Source: Clostridia bacterium
Lineage (GTDB): Bacteria > Bacillota > Clostridia > UMGS1840 > HGM11507
Direction: 5' to 3'
DNA length: 64,000 nucleotides
Assembly (NCBI GenBank): GCA_045658425.1
Contig: JAZOVB010000231.1
Coordinates: 1,284 to 65,283, forward strand
This document shows, piece by piece, positions 10,119 through 19,281 of the stretch (position 1 is the first letter of the stretch; every line of letters starts with the position of its first letter). The translations under genes were made by a program, and so were the position numbers. The notes under the pieces are model-generated. The model worked only from the letters and a program-made list of their open reading frames with translations. It searched no databases and was not told the origin of the DNA.

Positions 10119-11744
10119 TTAACCTCTTCCTAATCGCCGTTTTTGCAACTTTTTCCATATTTGTCTGCACTGTGTACACATTTTTTCGTCAATACCTAGA
10201 ATTTCTTGTAAAACCTCTTTATCAACTATATCTAAAGCAGTTTCTATATCAAGATTATTACGAACAATGTTATCAACACGCGAAAGCAATTCGGATTTTT
10301 TACCAGTATTAATCCCTTCTATTTTAGGAAGCATAATATTTCCCATTTCTCCAGGGAGTATTTCCAGCACGCCGCCCCCATAGCTTCTTCCGCAGATTTC
10401 GGTAAATGCAAAAGATATACTATTGTAATATGACAACAAAACATTATCAGGATCGACACCATCCACAAATTTCATTCGATGCATAGTGTCTGTAGAAACG
10501 GCATCGCAATCATTCAATACAAATTTCGGGTATAAATTACTTCTTCTTAAAAAGAATGCATCCGGAACCCATACAGAAGGTACAATGTACCATCTATCTC
10601 TAATAGAACACTTATATCCTGTATTTTCGCCATTGGCTTCGCCATATTTTATATATTCTATATGCATTTCATCATATTGCTCAATAGGAATATCAGGGAA
10701 AGCCAATAACATAGCTTTTCTTTCATCCGAGATATTTGTATTCCAATCTTCATCAGTAAAATATATTCCACGAGCATGTGAACTACGTCCGATTAATGGA
10801 AGCACAACGCTATCTAGGTTGTATTTATCTACAGTTTCTTTATTTACCGAGAAATAGTCATTATTGCCAGTTGTTATACCCACGTTAATCAAACCATAAT
10901 CAGAAAATTTACAAAAACGAATATCATTTCTAATATCATTTATAAGACTTGATTCTTCTGTTGTTATAAAATACTTTGTCCATTTTTCTGTTGTATGCTG
11001 AAGTTTTTGGTATCCATTTGAATTCAAATCAAGCAAATCAAATCCATTCAAATCTTCCATTTCTATAATACGAATTCCTTTTTCTTCGCCACCTTTTTCA
11101 CCAACAAATACTAATACTTCCTGTTCTATTTCATCAAATACCAACTTTTCAAAGGTAATCAAAGTCATCCGTTGCAAATGATCAGCTAAATATTTTCTTA
11201 AATCTTCTGCATATGCAACTTGTAAAATTTCAGCCGGAATAACAAATGCAATCTTACCATTTTCAGATAACATTTGAACAGATGCTACCAAGAAACCAAC
11301 CCATGCATTTATCAGTTTGTTAGACTTCATACCGTTATCAGTTAATATTTTAGATTGAATTTCTCTTTGGGCTTCTGTTAAGTACTGATAACGGATATAC
11401 GGTGGATTTCCAATAATTAAATCATACTTGATATTATCAGCAGTTCTTTTATAAAATTCGAAAAAATCCTCATTATAGACATTAACATTTTTCTGGTTTT
11501 TAAAGTTAAAATTAACCTTTTGAGCTTCTTCTTTTTCGATTTCTATAGCTGTAATTTCTTGATTATTTGAAATTATGTTTTGCTGATAAAGAGCTTCGAT
11601 AAATACACCATCACCACAACTTGGCTCTAATATAGTATTTATTTTTTCAGACACAAAAAGCTTAACCATTGCATTAGCTAACTTCAATGGCGTATAGTAA
11701 GCTCCTCTTAATTTTTGTTCTGAACTGTTCTCTTTAAGCTTCAT
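10119..11744 (-). CDS. stand-alone N6-adenine DNA methyltransferase (gamma class, Eco57I-M/TaqI-like)
   Basis: 541 aa. AYYTP, motif I EPSCGDGVF, motif IV GNPPYIRYQ, long C-terminal target-recognition region. Confidence 0.85.
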   Translation of the reverse strand: MKLKENSSEQKLRGAYYTPLKLANAMVKLFVSEKINTILEPSCGDGVFIEALYQQNIISNNQEITAIEIEKEEAQKVNFNFKNQKNVNVYNEDFFEFYKRTADNIKYDLIIGNPPYIRYQYLTEAQREIQSKILTDNGMKSNKLINAWVGFLVASVQMLSENGKIAFVIPAEILQVAYAEDLRKYLADHLQRMTLITFEKLVFDEIEQEVLVFVGEKGGEEKGIRIIEMEDLNGFDLLDLNSNGYQKLQHTTEKWTKYFITTEESSLINDIRNDIRFCKFSDYGLINVGITTGNNDYFSVNKETVDKYNLDSVVLPLIGRSSHARGIYFTDEDWNTNISDERKAMLLAFPDIPIEQYDEMHIEYIKYGEANGENTGYKCSIRDRWYIVPSVWVPDAFFLRRSNLYPKFVLNDCDAVSTDTMHRMKFVDGVDPDNVLLSYYNSISFAFTEICGRSYGGGVLEILPGEMGNIMLPKIEGINTGKKSELLSRVDNIVRNNLDIETALDIVDKEVLQEILGIDEKMCTQCRQIWKKLQKRRLGRG

Positions 11745-11756
11745 AATTTACCTCTT

Positions 11757-12914
11757 TCAAAACTGTTGTTTGTAAACTTTTGAAATTAGTTCTTCAATTT
11801 CACAAATCAGATTATCTTTTCTACTTGTCAAAACATTTATGCTATGTCTATCATGAACCTCGCTCAATTGACTATTGATTGCATATACTTCTCGGGTATT
11901 CTCAACAACCTTATTATATAGTATTAGTTGAGCTTCGTCCTCAAAATTTATTTCTATGAATGGCAACTTTGAAAGTACAAACGTACCTCTTGATATAAAT
12001 CCATTTTCAAAGTTACTTCCCATTGTTTCTAATATTTTCTCTGTGTACGGATTTGACATCCACGCCTGAATATATTCAATTGCATACGGGCTTTCTTCTT
12101 TCTTAGAAATCGCGCAATATCCGGCTGTACCGCCAGAGGCAATAAGCATATCTTTGTCATCAAAAGCATACATAGCCTCTCGACTTAATATGCCAACAAT
12201 CAATTTAGGAGTGTTTATAAATGCTGTTAACGCTTGTGTTCTGCCATATTGATACCATGTTTCTGCCGTGGCATTTGGCACATCTCTAACTCCCTTAACA
12301 TCTACACTCTTAGGCACTAATCTTTCGTAATTATCATTTAGATATTCATAAGTTCCTGCATAATCACGCTGCATTACATCTTTAGAAATAAGCTTCCCAT
12401 CGACACCGTACGGAAAAATAATATGTTTATCTGTTTCAAGTATACTATAGGAATTCAATCCTTTTTCTATTCTTTTTGTAGGCTTGAAATATGGTTTTAA
12501 AATAGCTTTTTCTATTTTATACTCTTTATCATTTCTATAGATCATATAACAACTTTCATCTTCACCAATTATTTCATCAGAAGAAAACCAATATATAGGT
12601 TTTGGTCTTTCTGCACTGGTTTGTATTCCGTTAAATATTTCAACATGATTAGTTATTGAAACACCAATTTCTCCAATGTTGTGCAACGAAGACAAAAACT
12701 CTTCATCGGTAGTCAACACCCAAGGTTCAGACGTTATATAATCAGAATTGTATTCCAACTGCCCAACATAACTTTCGGTTAATAATTCTGCTATTTGATT
12801 AACTCTTGTATATTTAAAACTCTCATTATTATTTTTTCTCAACAAAACAATAGAACTATAAATTGTCTTATCTTCAAACAACTGAGCATCGGCAAAATCA
12901 TCCAATTGAACCAT
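11757..12914 (-). CDS. C-terminal (target-recognition) part of the type IIG restriction-modification enzyme, separated by a frameshift
   Basis: 385-aa ORF. Its frame is open upstream of Met1 and there encodes TKEGGYICYIIPNKFFKIKAGKELRKLISTSNL, the conserved methyltransferase segment missing from the upstream ORF. Confidence 0.7.
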   Translation of the reverse strand: MVQLDDFADAQLFEDKTIYSSIVLLRKNNNESFKYTRVNQIAELLTESYVGQLEYNSDYITSEPWVLTTDEEFLSSLHNIGEIGVSITNHVEIFNGIQTSAERPKPIYWFSSDEIIGEDESCYMIYRNDKEYKIEKAILKPYFKPTKRIEKGLNSYSILETDKHIIFPYGVDGKLISKDVMQRDYAGTYEYLNDNYERLVPKSVDVKGVRDVPNATAETWYQYGRTQALTAFINTPKLIVGILSREAMYAFDDKDMLIASGGTAGYCAISKKEESPYAIEYIQAWMSNPYTEKILETMGSNFENGFISRGTFVLSKLPFIEINFEDEAQLILYNKVVENTREVYAINSQLSEVHDRHSINVLTSRKDNLICEIEELISKVYKQQF

Positions 12915-12931
12915 TAAATTGCTAGTAGATA

Positions 12932-14737
12932 TTAATTTTCGTAATTCCTTTCCAGCCTTAATCTTAAAGAATTTATTTGGAATAATATAACAAATATATC
13001 CACCTTCCTTAGTTTTTGAATCGCACGTTCAAGAAAAATGAAATACTTATCAAACTGCATGTATGATGTGCGATATTTAGTTTTATAAGCATCCATTTCT
13101 ACCTTAGGTAACAAATCATGCATTCCTTCGGTATTTACATAAGGTGGATTTCCTATTACAGCATCAAAGATTAAATCGTTCCAATCAAATGGTACAAGTT
13201 TTAGCAACTCATCTATAGTCACTGTCATATCACGTATATCATCATTGCTTACCAATGAATTACCATGTAAAATATTGTTTTCAAGTGCTGGCAAAATGGG
13301 ATTTGTATCAACAACTGACGGAGTCGATTCATCGTCTATCAGTTTAATCAGCAAAGAAAACTTTGAAACTTCCACAGCATGAATATCTATGTCAATACCA
13401 TATATACATGAACATAACAATTCTTTTTTCTCCGTAAAAGGAAGCTTATATCTCCCATTCCCAACTTCGATAAGATGACTTATATCATTACTTATATACC
13501 ACTCTACACAATAAGCCTGTAAATAATCAAATACTTCTTCCAAAAAAACACCTGACCCGCAAGCTATGTCTGCAATTTTTAACGCCTTTATTTCATCGGG
13601 CGTTTTACCTGTACAAAGAGAAGCTAAGGTGGATTTTACAATATATTTAACTATTTCTACCGGAGTAGTTACAACTGATCTATTAACGCATTCATTTTTC
13701 TTGGTTAAAATGACTTGTTCATCGTTAATTTGCAACTGTTCAGTCAAAAACATTTCATATATTTTTCCCAGCATATTAGGTTCAAGTATATTGAATAGAT
13801 AAGGGCTATTGGGGTAATATAACCCTTTTATAATATTTGAAATAACCTCGTTGTCTAAATCGAAGATTATTGACTCACCTGAAAACATTCCAGAATTATA
13901 CTTTCTATCCGCCTCGCGAATAAGTTCTTCTAATTTATTTTTTAACTCGTCTTCATCAATAATCGTTTCGCTTAATTTATGATAAACAGGTAAATTTCTA
14001 TCCTCACATATTCTTAAAAACACTATTTGATTTATAAATGCTTGAACTACATCATTTAATACATCAAGAGAGTGGTATTTTTCATCACTATGATACAGTA
14101 CGTTACTTAAAGCTATTCTCCACTCGTTTATTTGTATTAAAAACCTTTTATCAACAGGCATTCTTTGTGCAACATCTGCCATAAATACATTGTCAAAATA
14201 TGCATCAAAATCACCTGAATATACAACATCTCTTGATATGAGGGAATTTATCTCTTCAATCTTGTTAACATATTCTGAATAATGATAAATTCTATATCTT
14301 GCAACAGCAACATCGTCTTCTTCCTTTGGAATATACGTTGTGTCGTATATTACCAAATATTCAAAATTTGTAAGTATCGCTATCTTGTGACCAGCATTCC
14401 AACCGTATCTTCTTGTTTGCAATGCCGGTTCAGTAATTCTAGATATATCTACAGCAGGTTTCTTTGCTTCTACAAATAACTTAGGAACTCCACACAAAGT
14501 TAATGAATAATCTGGTCTGTCTGTTTCGTTAGTATAATTTTCAGCTATTACTTCTCTATACTGTGGAGCTAATCCCCTTGTGTTTTCTACATCCCATCCA
14601 AGAACACGCAATAATGGATCTATGTATTCAATTCTACACGAATGTTCGTTATAAGCTAAAGCAGGATTTTTATATGATGCTACGTTTGTTTCAAATTGAT
14701 TAACTAAACGTTCCAATTCTCTGATATTAATCGGCAT
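12932..14737 (-). CDS. N-terminal part of the type IIG (Eco57I-like) enzyme: PD-(D/E)xK nuclease plus N6-adenine methyltransferase motifs I and IV
   Basis: DRPDYSL...FVEAKKP nuclease motif, DIACGSGVFL (motif I), GNPPYVN (motif IV). The last ~24 residues (RKVDIFVILFQINSLRLRLERNYEN) are out-of-frame text. Start chosen at ATG 14735-14737 (MPINIRE) with GGAGGAAC upstream; the track ORF extends to 14785. Confidence 0.75.
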   Translation of the reverse strand: MPINIRELERLVNQFETNVASYKNPALAYNEHSCRIEYIDPLLRVLGWDVENTRGLAPQYREVIAENYTNETDRPDYSLTLCGVPKLFVEAKKPAVDISRITEPALQTRRYGWNAGHKIAILTNFEYLVIYDTTYIPKEEDDVAVARYRIYHYSEYVNKIEEINSLISRDVVYSGDFDAYFDNVFMADVAQRMPVDKRFLIQINEWRIALSNVLYHSDEKYHSLDVLNDVVQAFINQIVFLRICEDRNLPVYHKLSETIIDEDELKNKLEELIREADRKYNSGMFSGESIIFDLDNEVISNIIKGLYYPNSPYLFNILEPNMLGKIYEMFLTEQLQINDEQVILTKKNECVNRSVVTTPVEIVKYIVKSTLASLCTGKTPDEIKALKIADIACGSGVFLEEVFDYLQAYCVEWYISNDISHLIEVGNGRYKLPFTEKKELLCSCIYGIDIDIHAVEVSKFSLLIKLIDDESTPSVVDTNPILPALENNILHGNSLVSNDDIRDMTVTIDELLKLVPFDWNDLIFDAVIGNPPYVNTEGMHDLLPKVEMDAYKTKYRTSYMQFDKYFIFLERAIQKLRKVDIFVILFQINSLRLRLERNYEN

Positions 14738-14750
14738 AGCGTTCCTCCAA

Positions 14751-14924
14751 TTAAGTATTTTTTGTTCTATTAAGATACTTATCAATATCTTCTTTCTGAA
14801 TCCTCCATGAATTACCGACTTTGGATGCTATAAGTTCCTTTTTAGATATCAAACGTCTTACTGTTTTATCGCAAACTTTTAAATAATCAGCTGCTTGTGA
14901 TATAGTCAAAATACTATCAGACAT
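14751..14924 (-). CDS. small excisionase-family (MerR-like) HTH DNA-binding protein
   Basis: 57 aa, below the track cutoff. My translation is MSDSILTISQAADYLKVCDKTVRRLISKKELIASKVGNSWRIQKEDIDKYLNRTKNT. RBS AGGAGG lies upstream and it is the first gene of the R-M operon. Confidence 0.65.
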   Translation of the reverse strand: MSDSILTISQAADYLKVCDKTVRRLISKKELIASKVGNSWRIQKEDIDKYLNRTKNT

Positions 14925-15043
14925 AGTTGCATACCTCCTAATTCATTACTTTATATTATAACAAAAAAAGCATGGTAAGTCAAGGACTTTTATGGAATAT
15001 CTTGGACAATTTTGGACTTTGATTGATGCAATTCTGTTTGTTT

Positions 15044-15634
15044 TCATATAAGCACTTCTATATATCTTCTAACCTTTTCTTCAACTCGTGCTAACTTAGA
15101 AAATTCCATAAGCTGATTCAAGTTTTTATCTTTATATCTTGCATATCTTTTATACGCATCTGTAACGATTTGAATGTCCATACAATATCGTTCTTGCAAT
15201 ATATCACACAGAGTATGCTCTATACAATACACATTAACCCTATTTCCAAACGGAGTTTTAACAGAAATAATACCATTTTCATATAGTTCTTTCTTTACTC
15301 TATGAGTGACAACTTCACTTTTAACAGATGAAGTATTATACGAAGCAGGAAATGTCATATCATACCTGCTTGGTGTTCTATTTGAAAAGCCCAAAAGATA
15401 TAATGCTGTACCATTAGAAAAAACACCTTTCTTAAATCTGTTTTGCAAATTAAAAAGCTCATCATCCAGTCTCTCCGGTAATATATAGACACCTCTTGTT
15501 GAGCGTTCCAACATTCCCTTTTCTATCATTACTCGTAAGTAGCCTTTATGTATATTTAATCTATTTAATTCTTCTGTGGTAACAACACCATTATTCAAAT
15601 GAGCAATATCCATAATTTTATCTATATTTGACAT
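15044..15634 (-). CDS. AbiEi-family antitoxin/transcriptional regulator (type IV TA), no cognate AbiEii gene present
   Basis: 196 aa. N-terminal winged-helix text GVVTTEELNRLNIHKGYLRVMIEKGMLERSTRGVY is typical of the AbiEi N-domain. RBS GGAGG upstream. Confidence 0.7.
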   Translation of the reverse strand: MSNIDKIMDIAHLNNGVVTTEELNRLNIHKGYLRVMIEKGMLERSTRGVYILPERLDDELFNLQNRFKKGVFSNGTALYLLGFSNRTPSRYDMTFPASYNTSSVKSEVVTHRVKKELYENGIISVKTPFGNRVNVYCIEHTLCDILQERYCMDIQIVTDAYKRYARYKDKNLNQLMEFSKLARVEEKVRRYIEVLI

Positions 15635-15645
15635 ACTACCTCCTA

Positions 15646-15715
15646 GACAAACATGACTTTTATGCCTATTATTTTATATTAAATAGGCGTAAAAGTCAAC
15701 AACAATATGTTTGTC
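15646..15715. promoter_or_regulatory. inverted repeat in the AbiEi promoter region (candidate operator)
   Basis: TGACTTTTATGCCTATT (15654-15670) and AATAGGCGTAAAAGTCA (15682-15698) match 16/17 with an 11-nt spacer. The outer GACAAAC/GTTTGTC arms extend it. Starts 12 nt upstream of the AbiEi start codon. Confidence 0.5.
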
Positions 15716-15761
15716 CAGCTGATTTAGGATATATTTAGTCGACAAGTCGACTTTTTCTGTC

Positions 15762-15930
15762 CTAAGCTTTACTATCTAACAATAATTTTCTTGCAATTAT
15801 AAACAAACTATTATCCACCGCTGGAATATCTCTTGACAAAGGATCTTTCATATACTCGACATCGGGGTTGAAATCAGGCTTTACAGATTGATAAATTTTA
15901 TTTCGTGCATTAAATTCTGCTTCTGTGTAA
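15762..15930 (-). pseudogene. 3' fragment of an ICE conjugation-module gene (paralog of 46421..46679)
   Basis: Reads ..EAEFNARNKIYQSVKPDFNPDVEYMKDPLSRDIPAVDNSLFIIARKLLLDSKA*. About 80% nucleotide match to 46448-46610. No start codon or 5' part. Confidence 0.6.
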
Positions 15931-15948
15931 ATTCCTAAAAAATAAAAC

Positions 15949-15976
15949 CGACCTAAAATCTGATGATTTCAGGTCG
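15949..15976 (-). terminator. terminator following guaA-end relic B
   Basis: CGACCTAAAATC/GATTTCAGGTCG stem (11/12) with a 4-nt loop and a minus-strand U-tract (A-rich 15937-15947). Lies 18 nt after the relic stop. Confidence 0.6.
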
Positions 15977-15993
15977 ATTAAAGTCATATAAAA

Positions 15994-16095
15994 TTATTCC
16001 CACTCGACTTCCGCTTTTTTAATCACCGTGATTTTCGTTGCTTTTTCGTGATTTTATTATCCACATTTTGCATTTTTCATCGTGGTGATTTTATT
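15994..16095 (-). pseudogene. relic B of a guaA 3' end (..VEWE-stop) with upstream CGTGATTTT direct repeats
   Basis: Minus strand reads GTC GAG TGG GAA TAA (stop at 15994-15996); only ~19 codons are open. CGTGATTTT occurs at 16027 and 16047 and CGTGGTGATTTT at 16081. Confidence 0.5.
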
Positions 16096-16131
16096 TCCGA
16101 AAGTTTTTGTACTCAAAATGTACTCATAAAA

Positions 16132-17904
16132 TTATTCTTTTCTCCAACGTTTAATAACTTCCTCAAATGCAACATTAATCCAATCTTTATTCCATTCGTC
16201 ATATACATTGACATTACTAGAACTTGGCATAGGATTTGGCATACTCATTTTGACAATAGCAGGAAGTGGAACTGCATCTCCGACCACCAAGCATTCACCT
16301 GCTGCCAAAGTAGGAAGAGTATCAACTAACGAAGCATTATTGTCAGGTAGCAAATTCTTAATACAATTTTGATCGTTTACGTTTGTTAATTTAAGAACAA
16401 TAAAGTTGTTACATTGCGAGAATATCGTTTCTGACACTTCAGATGGTCTTTGGCTAACAACCATTAGATTCAAGCCGTACTTTCTACCTTCTTTAGCTAT
16501 TCGTTCAATGGAATGTTTAGATGCATTGTATTCTGCTCCACCGTTCTTAGGTATATAGTTATGAGCTTCTTCACAAACAAGCATAAACGGAATATCATTA
16601 ACCAACCCTGAGGTATGACGAAGTTTTGAATAGTGAAAAGCAAAATCAAAAATAACTCTTGAGAGCAAACTAATCACAATACTAAGTACCTCAAAAGGAA
16701 TGGCGCTCAAATCAATAATAGTAACATTACTTTTATCTATGTAACCCAAGAATTGCTGAAGAATAACATCAAAATCTTCTGTTTTAAATGATTCGCCATT
16801 TTCTTTTTTAGGTGCTGTTATAAATTTGAGTCTTTTATCGGACAATTTGGTTTCTAATCGGGTTACAAATCTCTCAAATTCTCCGTTGTAAGGTCCATTT
16901 GAGGCTTTAGAATCTTTAGATTGACTAGCCGCTGCAAACAATACTTCCTCATTTAAGTAAACATTATCAGCATCATTTATAATCGTTCCATCACTGCGTT
17001 TAGGAAGATGAGGCAATGTTTCATTTTTGTTAATAATTTCACTGTTTTTATTTTTGATATATCTGTAAACTTCCCATATGTCGAAATACACCGGAGTATC
17101 ATAATTGATATGCTCCATAGTAGGATTATGTTTTTCTTTGCTAAGAATTACAGCCTTTTTGAATTGTGATATTTGATTATGCGAATTCATTTCGTTGCTC
17201 TCAATAAACAGAGCCTCTAACTCCTGAGAATTCATAAGCCAGTACGGCAAACAAAGCTTTTCAACATCAAGACAATTTAAACTAAAATTCTCTTCTTCTG
17301 CAAGTTTAAAAGCTGACTGATATTCAGAGTGAATGTCAAAAATTATAACATGGGAGTTTTTTAGTGAATGTGCGTTTTCGTTGTGACCATTGCTAATTTT
17401 CATTATATTCTGCAAAAGTCTAGCAACGGCGCATGACTTACCTGAACCTGTAGATCCTACAACAGCTATATGCTTTCCAAAGAACTTATTTCCATCCACA
17501 AAATAATTTACTGCATCGTTATTAGAAAGATTTCCTATCTGAAATGAGAAATTATCGTTACTGCTAAAAATGGCATTGATAACTTCATCATCCGGCAAAT
17601 ATGCAGGCTCTGTTGGAGAAGGTAGATTTACACCACCTTGCCTAAAAGAAATACCATCTTCTATCTCCGAATAGCACCCTATAGGAGAACAAGAAACCGT
17701 ATAATTAATTGTATCTGCATCTTTAGACTGAACGGCACAAACATTTTGAATTGAAGCCAGTATGTACATATCGTTGCCATCTTCTATAGCTAAATATTTT
17801 GAAACTTTAATTTTTGATTTATTCTGATCAAACACCTCAATACTATTGAGCAAAACTTGTATCGTACCCGGTGTGCTATTTATAACTTTTCCAATTTCAA
17901 TCAT
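16132..17904 (-). CDS. herA: HerA-like (DUF87, FtsK/HerA superfamily) ATPase of a DUF4297-HerA defence pair
   Basis: 590 aa. Walker A VVGSTGSGKSC, Walker B FMLVCEEAHNYIP, N-terminal HAS-barrel-like region. The start lies 3 nt after the upstream stop, with GGAGGTG as RBS. Confidence 0.85.
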   Translation of the reverse strand: MIEIGKVINSTPGTIQVLLNSIEVFDQNKSKIKVSKYLAIEDGNDMYILASIQNVCAVQSKDADTINYTVSCSPIGCYSEIEDGISFRQGGVNLPSPTEPAYLPDDEVINAIFSSNDNFSFQIGNLSNNDAVNYFVDGNKFFGKHIAVVGSTGSGKSCAVARLLQNIMKISNGHNENAHSLKNSHVIIFDIHSEYQSAFKLAEEENFSLNCLDVEKLCLPYWLMNSQELEALFIESNEMNSHNQISQFKKAVILSKEKHNPTMEHINYDTPVYFDIWEVYRYIKNKNSEIINKNETLPHLPKRSDGTIINDADNVYLNEEVLFAAASQSKDSKASNGPYNGEFERFVTRLETKLSDKRLKFITAPKKENGESFKTEDFDVILQQFLGYIDKSNVTIIDLSAIPFEVLSIVISLLSRVIFDFAFHYSKLRHTSGLVNDIPFMLVCEEAHNYIPKNGGAEYNASKHSIERIAKEGRKYGLNLMVVSQRPSEVSETIFSQCNNFIVLKLTNVNDQNCIKNLLPDNNASLVDTLPTLAAGECLVVGDAVPLPAIVKMSMPNPMPSSSNVNVYDEWNKDWINVAFEEVIKRWRKE

Positions 17905-17907
17905 TAA

Positions 17908-19197
17908 TTATGACACCTCCAAATTTCTTTCTAAATTAACCAAATATCTTAATGTGTTCAATTCTTCAATTTCGATTTGTTCTGTATAGTAATTAGAACT
18001 ACTTAAATCAATTGCTATATCTCCGATAATGAACAGCTGATTAACATTGCAAGATTCAAGAATCTCAGTTGTGATATTTTCCAAAGGTGCTATTTTACAA
18101 ACAAATTCTGAAGAGCAGTCTGTGTTGTTTATAAAACTATCCGGCATAAATACACTTCCAACCATACCGCTATTTACTGCTTTTTGATATTTATGTAGTC
18201 CCAATATCACTTTTTGAATTATATCTGAGCCATTTTCAAAAATAAACAACGGAGGTCTTTGCAAAGTTTTCTTTTTATAATACTTTGCAATGTACTCTTG
18301 AATAAACGGGATTATTTGTTCTTCATAGGCTGTATGAAAGTGTTCTGAAAATACAAACGCCCTAATTGCTGTATTTAATGAAAACTGACTAGCTAAATGT
18401 TGTTTTTTTGCTTGCAAAACTTTCTTTTTGTCCACAGCAGCCAACATCCATTTTGTTATTAAAACAGATTCTTTGGATTTTAATTCATCAATAAATGTTT
18501 GTTTTTCAACCATTCGGTCTTTGGCATCTTTTTTAGCGGAAATATTAGCAACCATAGAGAATGCATTAGGATAGTATAATTCTTCTGCAGTCTTTCTATC
18601 GGTTTGCTCGCATAATTTTTGAACGACCTTTTCTTTCAGTTCTTCAAAATCTTCCGCCGGCTCATATGTAAAACATTCCCAAAATTTACTCCAATCGACA
18701 CAAAGGTTTAAAACAGAATTGTTCAAGCTATAATAATTTAATAATTTATCTTTATCTGCTTTACTTTTCTTGGGTTTATTTGCAAGAGCTAGTATTGTTG
18801 TGTCTGGAATTGTATAAATTCTATGAAAATATGAAAGCTGCAATTCTTTACTTGTTGTAGTTGAAATATGTTTTTCAAAAGCAGATGTATCAAATTCTTC
18901 AATATTTTCACTATAATGTGCATATAAAATATAATGTGTACTTCTACCTAATGCAACACACTCATTATAATGACATACCATTTCTAAAATAGGAGCTGCC
19001 ACACTAGACATTGTAAACTTGGAATCGTCATGATACTTACATTGAATGGTAGCTGTTGAATTTGGTAATTGTATATCAATATCTTCGATAACTCCCTCAA
19101 GCGTCACTGTTGCTTCATCGTCTGAATTTAGAATTTCAAGGATTGACTTGTTGAATTGATACAAATAACCTTTTATAGTGCTATTTGCTTGTCTCAT
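17908..19197 (-). CDS. DUF4297 (Cap4-like PD-(D/E)xK nuclease) domain protein, partner of HerA
   Basis: 429 aa. N-terminal KGYLYQF...LEGVIEDIDIQ...IQCKYH matches the GYxYQ / ExD / QxK signature of DUF4297 nucleases. Confidence 0.8.
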   Translation of the reverse strand: MRQANSTIKGYLYQFNKSILEILNSDDEATVTLEGVIEDIDIQLPNSTATIQCKYHDDSKFTMSSVAAPILEMVCHYNECVALGRSTHYILYAHYSENIEEFDTSAFEKHISTTTSKELQLSYFHRIYTIPDTTILALANKPKKSKADKDKLLNYYSLNNSVLNLCVDWSKFWECFTYEPAEDFEELKEKVVQKLCEQTDRKTAEELYYPNAFSMVANISAKKDAKDRMVEKQTFIDELKSKESVLITKWMLAAVDKKKVLQAKKQHLASQFSLNTAIRAFVFSEHFHTAYEEQIIPFIQEYIAKYYKKKTLQRPPLFIFENGSDIIQKVILGLHKYQKAVNSGMVGSVFMPDSFINNTDCSSEFVCKIAPLENITTEILESCNVNQLFIIGDIAIDLSSSNYYTEQIEIEELNTLRYLVNLERNLEVS

Positions 19198-19281
19198 ATT
19201 CTCACCACCTTTTGTATTACAACATATTTTAATAATATTTCTCTCTCATTATTTAACACAATACTAGTTTTTTATCAGCGG

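Larger units (their letters stand above)
8176..15993. mobile_element. decayed genomic island 1 (defence cargo), inferred
   Basis: Bounded by guaA-end relics A and B. Contains an ICE conjugation-gene fragment and defence genes but no recombinase. Confidence 0.35.

Noticed and set aside
13013-13017. T5 homopolymer as a phase-variation switch for the type IIG enzyme
   Set aside because: Five bases is too short for efficient slipped-strand switching. Mutation or sequencing error is more likely.
14925-15043. Looked for an AbiEii toxin gene downstream of AbiEi
   Set aside because: Only 119 nt are available, and no ORF in any frame continues from AbiEi.
16048-16329. 93-aa plus-strand ORF at the relic B / herA boundary
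   Set aside because: It overlaps the 3' end of herA in antisense and the repeat region, and shows no coding features.
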